Under the pieces are notes generated by a model that saw only the letters and a program-made list of their open reading frames with translations, searched no databases and was not told where the DNA came from. Both the position numbers and the translations under genes were made by a program. A DNA stretch of 64,000 nt from Mustelus asterias (taxonomy: Eukaryota), in the NCBI RefSeq assembly GCF_964213995.1, contig NC_135821.1:4650001-4714000 (forward strand). Direction: 5' to 3'. This document shows positions 39,458 to 59,972 of this stretch, in pieces (position 1 is the stretch's first letter; the number at the start of each line of letters is the position of its first letter).

Positions 39458-39778
39458 GGTGTGGAGATGCTGGCGTTGGACTGGGGTAAACACAGTAAGA
39501 AGTTTAACAACACCAGGTTAAAGTCCAACAGGTTTATATGGTAGCAAAAGCCACACAAGCTTTCGGAGCTCCAAGCCCCTTCTTCAGGTGAGTGGGAATT
39601 CTGTTCACAAACAGAGCATATAAAGACACAAACTCAATTTACATGAATAATGGTTGGAATGCGAATACTTACAACTAATCAAGTCTTTAAGAAACGAAAC
39701 AACGTGAGTGGAGAGAGCATCAGGACAGGCTAAAAAGATGTGTATTGTCTCCAGACAAGACAGCCAGTGAAACTCTGA
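39458..39778 (-). mobile_element. Penelope-like terminus with hammerhead
   Basis: Reverse-strand homologue of 8385-8713. Core CAC-CTGAAGA-AGGGGCTTGGAGCTCC-GAAA-GCTT-GTG at ~39555-39590. Confidence 0.72.
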
Positions 39779-40104
39779 TAACAACTGGAGCAGCACATCC
39801 TCCCCTTTATATTCCAGCTCTCGTGGGATGGAAACTAAAATTCTATTTGCCTTTTCAATTCTTTTTTGTTGCTGTCGACTAGATTTTAATCGTTTCTGTA
39901 GATGAATCCTTAATCCCGCTGCTCCTCATTCCTACATGGACCCCAACTCCCTCTCTTCCTGCACACTTCCTCGCTCCTCAACAATTAGCAAACACTAACT
40001 TTTTTTGGGATGAAAATGGATGACCTCACATTGAACTCTGTCTAGTACTGTTATTCCCAATCACTTTAACAATGCCCTCCTCAACTTCCCTCTCCCAGGC
40101 AGAC

Positions 40105-40826
40105 CCCTTAGAAGCAGTATCATACAGAGGGATCTGGGCGTACAGGTCCACAGTTCCCTGAAAGTGGCAACGCAAATGGATAAGGTGGTCAAGTAGGCGT
40201 ATGCCATGCTTGCTTTCATCGGTCGCGGCATGGAGTATAAAAATTGGCATGTCATGTTGCAGCTGTATAGTTCGGCCACATTTGGAATATTGTGTACATT
40301 TCTGGTCGCCTCACTACCAGAAGGATATGGAGGCTTTGGAGAGGGTACAGAAAACGTTTACCAGGATGTTGCCGGGTTTGGAGGGTATTAGCTATGAGGG
40401 GAGATTGGGCAATCTTGGTTTGTTTTCACTTGAGTGACAGAGGCTGATGGGTGACCTGATGGAAGTTTATAAAATTATGAGAGGCCTGGATAGAATGGAC
40501 AGTTGGACTCTATTTCCCAGGGTAGAAATGTCAATTACTAGGGGATGTGGGCTGAAGACAAAAGGAGGGAAGTTTAAAGGAGATGTGAGAGGCAATTTAT
40601 TTACACAGAGGGTGGTAAGTGCCTGGAATGTGCTGCCAGAGGGGGTGGTAGAAGCAGTTACAATAGCAACGTTTAAGAGGCATCTTGACAGATACATGAA
40701 TAGACAGGGATAGAGGGATATGGACTGTGTAGAGGCAAATGGTCTTTAGTTTAGGAAGGCACTTTACATTGGCGCAGGCTTGGTGGGCCGAAGGGGCTCT
40801 TCCTGTTCTGCACTGTTCTTTGTTTG
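40105..40826 (+). mobile_element. CR1 3' end
   Basis: ORFs 40201-40437 and 40447-40713. Confidence 0.87.
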
Positions 40827-42172
40827 ATGGTATTTGCAGTGCCACCCATCCTAATGCCTATTCCATTCTCGATGTCACTTATAAAGATAATAAAGAGAGG
40901 AGGCGGCTGTACAGATCCCAGGGGATTTGACTAGGCCCTTCCTGCCAACAGGATGCACATCTATTCGCCCTCCTCTCCGTCCCCTACATCCAAACCACAT
41001 TCCAGCAATGTTGAAAGGCTGAACCCAATGCTCCAAATATTTTCTAGAACCTTCCCTGTGCTGTCATCATGAACAAAGAACAGTACAGCACAGGAACAGG
41101 CCCTTCAGCCCATCAAGCATGCATTGATACCTTTCTGAACTAAAGACCTTTTGCCTCTATGCAGTCCGTATCCCTCTATCCCTGCCTATTCATGTATCTG
41201 TCAAGATGTCTCTTATTGAGAGATCAGATTCTCAGCAGGGTTTGACAGGGTAGATGCAGTGAGCTGGTTTCCCCTTGTGGGAGAGTCTCAGACCAGAGGG
41301 CAGAATAGGGTGACTCCTTAAAACAGATGAGGTATTTCTCAGGGGGGGGGGGGTTAAATGTGTGGAATTCTTTACCAGAGATGTTGGTTCAGTTTCTTCA
41401 AGATTGAGGTAAGATTTTTAATCAAAGGAAGAGGGTGGAGATTAGGCAGGAAAGTGGAATGGAGGATCATCATAAATACCATCTTGTTGAATGGCAGAGC
41501 AGACTTGATGGGCCAAATGGCCTGTTTCTGCTCTTTCCTTTTTAGTTGGGGAGCAAAATACCAGTGAGTTGGGAAACTGAAGGTATTCAAAAAGAACTCA
41601 TCACTGAAGCACGATGGAGTTTTAACCCCAACAAAAGAAATCCAATGTTTAACCCCCTTCCCCCTGGATGAGGGGGAAAGAATTCACTCCTTTGGATGCA
41701 GAGTATTTTGGCAAGGTAATTCTGTATTCACTCACTCAAGATCAAGCTGCATCGTGAACCTGTCACTCAATGCTCCATGTACATCGCTACCCTCAACAAT
41801 GTGGTGAGGGGTTTGAGACAGTCTAGTACAAGATATCAGAATTAGGAAGGTCATTCTTGGACAGATGTCTGAAGCAGAGATTTCCCCACACTGGAAGAGG
41901 GTTGATATTGAATTCAATGCCACAACAGCTGGCATTTCACCCACAGCTGAGGGGAAACCACATTGTGTTAGAAATGTGCAGTTTCAGAAATCCCCCATGT
42001 TTCTGAATCAGTGTAATTGTCCTGGGCAGGAATTGGATCACGTTTTGGAAGCTGGATTGGGATTTAAAGGAATCAAATAATCCAAAATAATGCAATCAGC
42101 TACAGAATTACAGAGACAAAAATGATTTTATTTTCAAATGCAGTAAAGCTGATATTTCCATTAGAATCCCAG

Positions 42173-45063
<2,891 letters not shown>

Positions 45064-45131
45064 CCTTCACTATTACTGCTCACTCCCACCTTGAAAATTC
45101 TAGAACTGCCCCTTCCTGACACAAGCTCTTG

Positions 45132-45272
45132 TATTTATACATCCTGCATCCAAACCAGCAATGACAGCACCAATACTGATTGACAATCTCTGACAGCCAA
45201 TCAGGAATTGGCCATGAATCCAGGCACCAATGAGGGAGAGGGGGTGGAGTGTGTGATACCCAGAGCCAATCA
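45132..45272 (-). promoter_or_regulatory. Ferritin copy 4 proximal promoter
   Basis: TATAAATA at 45132-45139, with a 9-bp deletion just upstream of TATA. CCAAT boxes are retained and TGACATCA has become TGACAGCA. Confidence 0.78.
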
Positions 45273-45910
45273 GAGCTCTGGAATGCAGGCAGGTTTGGTT
45301 GATTAGTCTGTGATGAGAATAGAGGAAGAGGAGGAGGCCATTCAGCCCCTCAAACCTGTTCCATCATTCAATTACATTATGGCAAATGTGCATCTTATTT
45401 GTCCACTTTGGTTCCAGATGCCTTCATCCCCTTACCTAACAAAACCCAACAAGCTCAGCTTTGAAATGTTTAGTTGTTCCCAATGTTTTAGGGAGGGTTT
45501 GTCTCGATTTCCACTTTCCGGTTTGTGAAGAAAAGCTTCTTTGGGTCAATCTTAAATGGCCAAGATTTAATAAGATTATAGCGACTCTTCCAAAGGAAAT
45601 AGTTTCTCTCTATCTACTTTGTCCAATGCTCAGTTATAATAAATTCTTTTTTTTTACGTTTTAAGGACTGCACAACTCATTTCCATAAACTGTCCTCATG
45701 GTTTAACCCCTTCAGCCCTGGTATCATTCTGGTGAATGTGAGCTGTCCCTTCACAGCCAATATATCAGAATGGAATGTTCTAGATGTTCTCTAACTCGCA
45801 ACTGGAGCAGAGCCTTCACTTCTTGATTTTCCTTGAGATGAAGACTAAAATTCTATTCGTCGTTTCCATTTGTGTTTGTGACGGCCCATTAGATTTTATT
45901 GGCTTCTGTA

Positions 45911-47022
45911 GATAAAGCGACTGGCCCGGATGGGGTACCCAGACGTGCACTCAGATCCTGTGCGGATCAGCTGGCGGAGGTATTCGCAGACATCTTCAAC
46001 CTCTCTTTACAACAATCTGAGGTCCTTATCTGCTTCAAGAAGACGACCACCGCCCTGGTACTTAAGAAAAACCAAGCAGCGTGCCTTAATGACTATCATC
46101 CGGTGGCTCTGACATCCATCATTATGAAGTGCTTCGAAAGATTAGTCATGGCACGAATCAATTCCAGCCTCCCGGACTACCTGGATCCACTACAGTTTGC
46201 CTACCGCCGCAACAGGTCCACAGCTGACGCCATTTCCCTGGCCCTGCACTCAACCTTAGAACACCTGGATAACAAGGACACCTATGCCAGACTCCTATTT
46301 ATTGACTACAGCTCAGCCTTCAACACTATTATTCCCACGAAACTCATCTCCAAACTCCATGGCCTGGGCCTCGGCACCTCCCTCTGCGACTGGATCTTAA
46401 ACTTCCTAACTCACAGACCACAATCAGTAAGGATAGGCAACAACACCTCCTCCACGATCATCCTCAACACCGGTGCCCCACAAGGCTGTGTTCTCAGTCC
46501 CCTGCTATACTCTTTACGTGGTGAACCACTGTCACTACATGTATGTGCCTGGACACACCCATGCTGCACCTGGCCCGAGACTCCTCCCTCTCCACCTGGG
46601 ACACCTCCCTTTCCACACAGAGTGGGGTATAAAGGTGATGGTCCCTCCTCCTTGCCTCAGTCCAGACCAGGTCAGCTACAAGGGTGTGCTCCTGTTCTCT
46701 GTGAATAAAAGCCTATTAGTTTTCCCTCACTCTCAGAAGTCTTCGCGTCGTAATTGATAGTGCATCACCTTATACACCTATGACTGTGCAGCCAAATTCC
46801 TCTCCAATTCGATTTTCAAGTTTGCTGACGACATCACCGTAGTGGGTCGGATCTCAAAGAATGAAGAGACAGAGTACAGGAATGAGATAGAGAATCTGGT
46901 GAACTGGTGCGGCAACAATAATCTCTCCCTCAATGTCAACAAAATGAAGGAGATTGTCATCGACTTCAGGAAGCGTAAAGGAGAACATGCCCCTGTCTAC
47001 ATCAATGGGGACGAAGTAGAAA
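45911..47022 (+). mobile_element. Rex1/Babar RT fragment interrupted by a solo LTR
   Basis: ORF 45899-46708 (KATGPDG…[12 protein letters not shown]…[15 protein letters not shown]). It resumes YTYDC…FADD after 46768. Confidence 0.9.
46517..46767 (+). mobile_element. Solo LTR, same family as 25655-25937
   Basis: (C)GTGGTGAACC…GTGCATCA termini, GGTATAAAGG, GAATAAAAGCC and an imperfect TSD CTTTA/CCTTA. Confidence 0.82.
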
Positions 47023-47089
47023 GTAGATTTCCTTCCCTAAAGGACATTAGTGAACCAGACGGGTTCCGAGTTCCTCAACATTTAGCAAA

Positions 47090-47640
47090 CATTCGGATTC
47101 ATCTTTCTTGATTCAGAGTCAATGACCTCACACTTCCTCTCTTTGAACTTTCTTTGACACTGTTTTTCACCCTTGCTTTATCAATGTCTGCTGCAGCTTC
47201 TCTCTCCCATTGGTGCTTTTTACTGTGCCACCCACCCTAATGCCATCAGCAGAGTTGAATATATGGCTCTCTATTCGCTTATCTATGTCATTGATAAAGA
47301 CAATGAAATGTGGAGGTCCCTGTGCCAATCCCAGGGGAGATGACCAGACCCACCCTGCCAATTGGACTGAGCGCCCATTCTCCCTACTCCATCTTCGAGA
47401 CCCAACCCATTCCCAACAATGTCCAAAGGCTGCATCCAATTTTCCTAATAATCCATTCTGTGGAGCTTTGCCAGTGATGTCATTGTGATTGGTTTCTTTG
47501 TCTTTCCTCACACTGAATCTGATAGCGTTCTCTCAGGGTCAGAGTTAACGATATAATCAGCATCAAGTTTACAAATGGAAGTTGAGCACAATTGGATCCC
47601 CGTTAATAAATTCATTGAAGAAACTGTTGAGGGTAAAGGC
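47090..47640 (-). mobile_element. Ancient CR1 RT relic, duplicated at 53228-53800
   Basis: LAQGPPHFIVFINDID…FNSADG, a degenerate LGPxLFxxFINDL…FADD. The two copies are nearly identical. Confidence 0.7.
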
Positions 47641-48658
47641 AGGGGATTTGGTTCAAAACACGTCCACACTGAACTCTCACACTATTGACTCCAAATGATT
47701 CAGCTGATGAAGGAGCAATGCTCCAAAAGCTTATGATTCCAAATAAACCTGTTGGACTTCAATCCGTTGTTGAGAGACTCTGGAGTTGAGAGGATTGGCT
47801 TGTGAGGAGAGACTAAGGCTATACTCATTGGAATTCAGAGGAACGAGTGGGGATCTTATAGAAACATAAGATTGTGAAGGGAATAGATTAGAAACAGGAA
47901 GATTGTTTCCACTGGCAGGTGAAACTAGAACTAGGGGCATGGCCTAAAATAAGGGGGAAGTAGATTTAGGACTTCACCCAAAAGGGTTGTGAACTGTCAT
48001 CAGGAAGATAATGGCCTAGTGGTATTAGGCCTAGACTATTAATCCAGAAACATAGCAAAATGTTCTGGGGACCCAGGTTTGAATCGTGCCATGATGGAAT
48101 TTGATTTCAGTAAAAGTCTGGAATCAACGACCCACTGCTGACCATGAAACCATTGTTGGAAAAACTCATCTCATTCACTCATGTGCTTTAGGGAAGGAAA
48201 CCGGCCATCCTTACCCAGTCTGACCTACATGTGACTCCAGAGCCACAGCAATGTGGTTGACTCAACTGCCCTGAAGTGATCTAGCAAGCTACTCAGTTCA
48301 AGGGCAACTAGAGATGGGCAGTAAATGCTGGCCAGCCAGCAAGACCCATGTCCCAGGAACAAAATGAAAACTCTGGTTCCTTCATGTCTTTCAGGGAAGA
48401 ATCGGTCATCCTCAGAAACATGGTTGACTCTGAACTACCCTCCAAAATGGCATAGCAAGCCACTCAGTTCAAGTGCAATTAGGGATTTGCACCAGATCCT
48501 GGTCTTGCCAGTGACATATCCGAAGTAATAAAGAATTAAAGTCAGCTAGTGAATTATGCAGAAACATTTCCATGATAAGTAGTGTACTTTATTTCCATAG
48601 AAAGCAGAATTGGATTTTATTTCTATACACAAGTGAAACAAGGATTCCCAAATCCCAG

Positions 48659-50849
<2,191 letters not shown>

Positions 50850-50909
50850 CTTCACTATTACTTCAATGTAGGAAGTTCTGCAACTACCCCTTCCTAACAC
50901 AAGCTCTTG

Positions 50910-51060
50910 TATTTATACCACTGGGACATCCTGCATCCAAACCAGCAATGACAGCACCAATACTGATTGACAATCTCTGACAGCCAATCAGGAATTGGCC
51001 ATGAATCCAGGCACCAATGAGGGAGAGGGGGTGGAGTGTGTGATACCCAGAGCCAATCAG
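50910..51060 (-). promoter_or_regulatory. Ferritin copy 5 proximal promoter
   Basis: TATAAATA at 50910-50917. Nearly identical to the copy 4 promoter. Confidence 0.78.
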
Positions 51061-51679
51061 AGCTCTGGAATGCAGGCAGGTTTGGTTGATTATTCTATGA
51101 TGAGAATAGAGGAAGAGGAGGAGGCCATTCAGCCCCTCAAACCTGTTCCATCATTCAATTACAATATTGCTAATGTGCATCTTATTCGTCCACTTGGGTT
51201 CCATATGTCTTCATCCCCTTACCTAACAAAAACCCAAGAAGCTCAGCTTTGAAATATTTAGCTGTTCCCAATGTTTTAGGAAGGGTTTGGCTAGATTTCC
51301 ATTTTCCGGTTTGTGAAGAGAAGCTTCTTAGTGTCAGTCGTAAATGGCCAAGATTTAATAAGATTATAGCGACTGTTCCAAAGGAAATAGTTTCTCTCTA
51401 TCTACTTTGTCCAATCCTCAATTATAATAATTTCCTGTTTTTTTTTAACTTTTTAAACTACTCATGATTTAACCCCTTCATCCCTGGTATCATTCTGGTA
51501 TTTTGAGCTGTCCCTCCACAGCGAATATATCAGAAAGGAATGTTCTAGATGTTCTCTAACTCGCAACTGGAGCAGAGCCTTCACTTCTTGATATTCCTTG
51601 AGATGAAGACTGAAATTTTATTTGTCATTTCAATTTGATTTTAGTGACTTCTGTAGATGAATTGTAAATCCCACTACTC

Positions 51680-52952
51680 GAGTGGAAAATCATGTCTCAC
51701 AAATTTGATTGAGTTTTTTGAAGGGGTAACCAAGAAGGTAGATGAGGGCAGTGCAGTTGATGTTGTCTACATGGACTTTAGCAAGGCCTTTGACAAGGTA
51801 CCGCATGGTAGGTTGTTGCATAAGGTTAAATCTCACGGGATCCAGGGTGAGGTAGCCAAATGGATACAAAATTGGCTTCTTGACAGAAGCCAGAGGGTGG
51901 TTGTAGAGGGTTGTTTTTCAAACTGGAGGCCTGTGACCAGCGGTGTGCCTCAGGGATCAGTGCTGGGTCCACTGTTATTTGTCATTTAAATTAGTGATTT
52001 GGATGAGAATATAGGTGGCATGGTTAGTAAGTTTGCAGATGACACCAAGATTGGTGGCATAGTGGACAGTGAAGAAAGTTATCTCCGATTGCAACAGGAT
52101 CTTGATCAATTGGGCCAGTGGGCTGACGAATGGAAGATGGAGTTTAATTTAGACAAATGCGAGGTGATGCATTTTGGTAGGTTGAACCAGGGTAGGACTT
52201 ACTCAGTTAACGGTAAGACATTGGGGAGAGTTACAGAACAAAGACATCTAGGGGTACAGGTTCATAGCTCTTTGAAAGTCGAGTCACAGGTGGACAGACT
52301 GGTGAAGAAGGCATTCGGCATGCTTGGTTTCATCGGTCAGAACATTGAATACAGGAGTTGGGATGGCTTGTTGAAGTTGTACAAGATATTGGTAAGGCCA
52401 CATTTGGAATACTGTGTGCAGTTCTGGTCACCCTATTATAGAAAGGATATTATTAAACTAGAAAGAGTGCAGAAAAGATTTACTGGGATGCTACCGGGAG
52501 TTGATGGTTTGAGTTATAAGGAGAGGCTGGATAGACTGTGGCTTTTTTCTCTGGAGCATAGGAGGCTGATGGGGTGATCTTATAGAGGTCTATAAAATAA
52601 TGAGTGGCACAGATCAGCTAGATAGCCAATATCTTTTTCCAAAGGTAGGGAGTCTAAAACTAGAGGGCATAGGTTTAAGGTGAGAGGGGAGAGATACAAA
52701 AGTGTCCAGAGGGGCAATTTTTTCACACAGAAGGTGGTGAGTGTCTGGAACAAGCTGCCAGACATAGTAGTAGAGGCGGATACAATTTTGTCTTTTAAAA
52801 AGCATTTAGATAGTTACATGGGTACGATGGGTATAGAGGGATATGGGCCAAATGCGGGCAATTGGGATTAGTTTAGTGTTTAAAAATAGGCAGCATTGTC
52901 AAGTTGGGCCGAAGGGCCTGTTTCCATGCTGTAAACCTCTACAAACTCTATG
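51680..52952 (+). mobile_element. Young CR1 LINE, 5'-truncated
   Basis: ORFs 51657-51989, 51999-52577 and 52680-52871 with full RT motifs. Confidence 0.92.
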
Positions 52953-53934
52953 ACTCCTCATTCATACATGGACCCCAAACCCCTCTCTTCCCCCTCAGTT
53001 TTTAAAAATTCATTTGTGGGACATGTGCGTCGCTGGCTGGGCCAGCATTTATTGCCCAACCCTAGTTGCCTTGAACTGAGTGTCTCGCTCGGCCATTTCA
53101 GAGGGCAGTTGAGAGTCAACCACATTGCTGTGGCTCTGGAGTCACGTGTAGGCCAGACCGGGTGAGGACGGCAGATTTCCTTCCCTAAAGGGTATTAGTG
53201 AACCAGACGGGTTCCGAGCTCCTCAACATTTAGCAAACATTCGGATTCATCTTTCTTGGCAATGGCGTCAATGGCCTCACACTTCCTCTCTTTGAACTTT
53301 TTTTGACACTGTTTTTCACCCTTGCTTTATCAATGTCTGCTGCAGCTTCTCTCCCATTGGTGCTTTTTACTGTGCCACCCACCCTAATGCCATCAGCAGA
53401 GTTGAATATATGGCTCTCGATTCGCTTATCTATGTCATTTATAAAGACAATGAAATGTGGAGGACCCTGTGCCAATCCCAGGGAAGATGACCAGACCCAC
53501 CCTGCCAATTGGAGTGAGCGTCCATTCTCCCTACTCCATCTTCGAGACCCGACCCATTCCCAACAATATCCAAAGGCTGCATCCAATTTTCCTAATAATC
53601 CATTCTGTGGAGCTTTGCCAGTGATGTCATTGTGATTGGTTTCTTTGTCTTTCCTCACACTGAATCCGATAGCGTTCTCTCAGGGTCAGAGTTCACAATA
53701 TAATCGGCATCGAGTTTGCAACTGGAAGTTGAGCACAGTTGGATCCCCGTTAATAAATACATTGAAGAAACTGTTGAGGGTAAAGGCAGGGGATTTGGTT
53801 CAAAACACGTCCACACTGAACTCTCACACTATTGACCCCAAATGATTCAGCTGATAAAGGAACAATGCTCCGAAAGCTCGTGATTCCAAATAAACTTGTT
53901 GGATTTCAATTTGGTGTTGTGAGACTCCTGAGTT

Positions 53935-55200
53935 GAGAGGGTCATGAGGAGAGACTGAGTAGGCTGGGGCTATACTTATTGGAATTCAGAAGAATGAGGG
54001 GAGATCTTATAGAAACATATAGGATTATGATGTGAATAGATAAGATAGAAGCAGGGAAGTTGTTTCCACTGGCGGGTGAAACTAGAACTAGGTGGCATAG
54101 CCTCAAAATAAGGGAAGCAGATTTAGGACTGAGTTGAGGAGGAACTTCTTCACCCAAAGGGTTGTGAATCTGTGGAATTCCCTGCCCAGTGAAGCAGTTG
54201 AGGCTGCCTCGTTGAATGTTTTTAAGGCAAGGATAGATAAATTTTTGAACAGTAAAGGAATTAAGGGTTATGGTGAGCAGGCAAGTAAGTGGAGCTGAGT
54301 CCACATAAAGATCAGCCAGGCTCGAGGGGCCAGATGGCCTACTCCTGCTCCTAGTTCCTACATTCTTATGGGACGTCTTACCCAAGTCCAATGCCGGCAT
54401 CTCCACATCATGGCCCCAAATGATTGAAAGAGACTGAGGCGTCAGACAGGTTAGATGAGTGAATCTGGCGAATGGGATATAAAGTAGGAAAATGCGAAGT
54501 GAGGCACTTTGGTAGGAAGAATAAAGCTGAGTATTATTTAAATGGCGAAAGACTGCAGAAAGCTCCAGCAGAGGGATTTGGGGGCGCTCGTGTATAAATC
54601 ACGAAAAGCTAGCCTGCAAGTTCAGCAGGTAATAGGGAAGGCAAACGGAACGTTGGCCTTTAATTCAAAGGGAATAGAGTGTAAAAACAGGGATTTCTTG
54701 CTAAAACTCTACAAAATACCTGGGATACCGTGAACTGTTTTGGTCTCCTTATCTAAAGATGTACTGGCATTGGAGGCAGTCCAGAGAAGGTTCACTAGAT
54801 TGATCCTGGGATTGGAGGTATTTTCTCATGAGGAGAGTTTGAGCTGCACTCATTGCAGTTTAGAAGAGTGAGAGATGACCTTATTGAGACACATCGTATT
54901 CTCTGGGGGGTTTGACAGGGTAGATGCTGAGGTTGTTTCTCTTTGTGGGTGAGTCTGGGACTGGAGGACATAATCTCAGAATAAATGGGTGTCCCCTTAA
55001 AACAGATGAGAAGGAATTTCTTCTCAGAGGGTAGTGAATCTGTGGAATTCTTTGCCACAGACGTTGGGTCAATATCTTCAAGGCTGAGATTTTTAATTAG
55101 CATAACGAATTGAGGGCGAAGATTAGGCAGGAAAGTGGAATGGAGGAATATGTTATTTTGTTGAATGGCAGAGCAGACTTGATGGGCCAAATGGCTTATT
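53935..55200 (+). mobile_element. Cluster of degraded CR1 3' fragments
   Basis: Repeated (L)YSLE.RR.RGDLIE…RNFF.QRVVNLWNSLP nucleotide motifs. Confidence 0.75.
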
Positions 55201-55547
55201 TCTGCTCATCCCTTTTTAGTGAGGAGCAAAATACCAGTAAATGAGTTGGGAAAGTGAAACTCTTTTAATGGGACACATTCAAAAAGAACTCGTCACTAAA
55301 GCATGGAGTTTTAACCCCACCAAAATGAGCTGCAAAGAGAAATCCAGTGTTTTATGATTAGCACTGCTGTCTCACACCACCAGGGACCTAGGTTTGATTC
55401 CCAGCTTGGGTCACTGTCTGTGCAGGGTCTGCACATTCTCCCTAGGTTGCCTCTGCCTGCTCTTGCTGCCTCCCACAGTCCAAAAGACGTGCTGGTTAGG
55501 GTGCATTGGCTATGCTAAATTCTCCCTCAGTGTACCCGAACAGGCGC

Positions 55548-56165
55548 CAAAACACAAAGAACAAAGAACAGTACAGCACGGGAAACAGGCCCTTCAAGCC
55601 TTTTTCCACTGAGGCTAGGGGAGAAAAAAAACCAGAGGGCATGGTTTAAGGGTGAAAGGAGAAAAGTTTAAAGGGAATATTAGGGGGGGGCTTCTTCACG
55701 CAGAGAGTGGTGGGAGTGTGGAATGAGCTGCCGGATAAAGTGGTAAATGCGGGGTCACTTTTAACATTTAAGAAAAACTTGGACGGGTTCATGGATGAGA
55801 GGGGTGTGGAGGGATATGGTCCAAGTGCAGGTCAGTGGGACTAGGCATAAAATGGTTCGGCACAGACAAGAAGGGCCAAAAGGCCTGTTTCTGAGCTGTA
55901 ATTTTCTATGGTTCTAAGCCTGTGCTGCTCATTGGTCCAACTAGACCAATCGTTTGTATCCTTCCATTCCTAGGCTGCTCATGTGACTATCCAGGTAAGT
56001 CTTAAACGATGTCAGCGTGCCTGCCTCCACCACCCTACTTGGCAGCGCATTCCAGGCCCCCACCACCCTCTGTGTAAAAAACATCCCTCTAATATCTGAG
56101 TTATACTTCACCCCTCTCACCTTGAGCCCGTGGCCCCTCGTGAACGTCACGTCTGATCTGGGAAC
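55548..56165. mobile_element. Minus-strand CR1 tail with a plus-strand CR1 tail (55600-55915) nested inside, all within a V-SINE
   Basis: Matches 22345-22640. AAGCCT is repeated at both nested junctions. The SINE spans from 55358. Confidence 0.75.
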
Positions 56166-56700
56166 ACCTTTGGCCAAGTTTGTTAATTACAAAGTAAAGT
56201 TTACATTCACACTAATGAAGTTACTGTGAAAATCTCCTGTTCGCCACACTCTGGCACCTGTTCAGCTTCAGACATGATTGGGAGGAAAGAATTCACTTCT
56301 TTGAAGTGGAATGTTTTAGCTAGCTAATTCTGTATTCACTCAGACCCAAAAATTAAGTAATGTGAACCTGCTGCTCAATAGTTACCCGCAACAATACGGT
56401 GAGGGGTTAGAGACACTCCTGTACAGGATATCTTCCTTCCCTGACAGATGAATCTGAAGCAGAGATTCACCACACTGGGAAAGGTTTGATATTACATTCA
56501 GTACAACACCATGGCATTTCACCCACAGCTGAGGGGAAACCACATTGTGTTAGAAATGTGCAGTTTCAGAATCAGAGTAATTGTCCTGGGATTAAAAGAA
56601 ATCAAATATTGCAAAATAATGAAATCAGCTACAGAATTATACAGAGACAATGATTTTATTTTCAAATGCAGCAAAATTGATGTTTCCATTAGAATCCCAG

Positions 56701-58549
<1,849 letters not shown>

Positions 58550-58606
58550 TGTACTCTCACTGGACGATAACTCAAACAAGGTGACCTGTTTAGCCACACG
58601 CTCTTG

Positions 58607-58746
58607 TATTTATACCACTGGGACATCCTGCATTCAAACTGGGAATGACATCACCAACGGTGATTGACAATCCCTGACAGCCAATCAGGAGTCTTCCATC
58701 AATAAAGGCACCAATCATGGTGGGGTGTGATATCCCAAGCCAATCA
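58607..58746 (-). promoter_or_regulatory. Ferritin copy 6 proximal promoter
   Basis: TATAAATA at 58607-58614 plus the conserved block. The proximal CCAAT has become CCAAC. Confidence 0.78.
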
Positions 58747-59379
58747 GAGCGGTGGAATACAGGCAGGTGTGGATGACTCAGAGCATCAGGACAGGAGGAG
58801 GCCAATCGGTCCCTCAAGCCTATCCCACCATTCCTTTATATCATGCCTGATCTCATTTCAACTCTATTGGCTCACCTATCCCATCATGCCCTTGCCTAAC
58901 AAATAGCTAACGTCCATGCCAACATTTAGGGTGAGCAAGGCCCAGGATTGCAGCAGCTTCTGTGTGAAGATGTGCTTCTTACCATCACCCCATAACAGGC
59001 CAGCTCTCATTGTGAGATCAAACTGTCTCTGCCCTGGACTTCCCCGGCCAAGGAAATCACTTCCCTCCCTCTACCCCATGAATGGCCCTCAATAGCTCAA
59101 TGACAATCGCCCCTTATTCCATTCTATTCCTGATGGGATGCGAGATGATCCTAGCATTCTGCTCACGCTGCCGGGCTCCCGCTACAAGGTCAGATTATTG
59201 GGGTGGGTGGGGAGACGGTGACAATGTCGGTAAGGTCACCCGACTTTCAATCCAGGGGCCCTGAAGCTGAAGCTCAACACGGATTGAAATCCCACCCAGG
59301 CAACCGGTGGGATTTAGAAATTCAATTAATTCACAAAAATCTGGATTTGAAAGCTGATCTCAGTATGGGTTTTTTAAAA

Positions 59380-59972
59380 TGTTTATTTATTAGCGTCACA
59401 GGTCGGCTTACATTAACACCGCAATGAAGTTACTGTGAAAATCCCCCAGTTGCCACACTCCGGCGCCTGTTCGGGTACACTGAGGGAGAATTTAACGCGG
59501 CCTATGCACCCTAACCAGCACGTCTTTCAGACTGTGGGAGGAAACCGGAGCACCCGGAGGAAACCCACGCAGACATGGGGAGAACATGCAGACTCTGCAC
59601 AGTGACTCAAGCCAGGAATTGAACCGGGTCCCTGGCGCTGTGAGACAGCAGTGCTTAACCACTGTGCCACCGTGCTACCCCATAGAATCCATGCTGTTCA
59701 TAGAATCCCTACAGTGCAGAAGGAAGCCATTCGGCCCATCAAGTTTGCACCATCCCTCCAAAAGAGCACCCTATCCCTCTAACCTTGCCTATTGATCATG
59801 GCAAATCCACTTAACCTGCACATCTTTGGACTGTGGGAGGAAACCGGGACACCCGGAGAAAACCCACGCAGACACGGGGAGAACGTGCAGACTCCACACA
59901 GACAGCTACCCGAGCCGGGAATCGAACCCGGGTCCCAGGCACTGTGAGGCAGCAGTGATAACCCACTGTGCC
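59380..59972 (-). mobile_element. Two tandem V-SINEs
   Basis: Reverse-complement SINE consensus at ~59380-59675 and ~59700-59972. Confidence 0.85.

Noticed and set aside
47167-47511. Duplicated 114/142-aa ORF as a novel gene
   Set aside because: It is a degenerate CR1 RT relic copied along with the segmental duplication.
58550-58575. CAGTGA hexamer just upstream of the ATG in copies 3, 6 and 7 as an IRE loop
   Set aside because: The flanks do not form a 5-bp upper stem with a C bulge. It aligns with TAGTGA in the other copies and abuts the start codon.
58550-58597. In-frame N-terminal extensions predicted by the ORF track for copies 5 and 6
   Set aside because: They start at non-ATG codons at or upstream of the likely TSS and are not conserved among copies.
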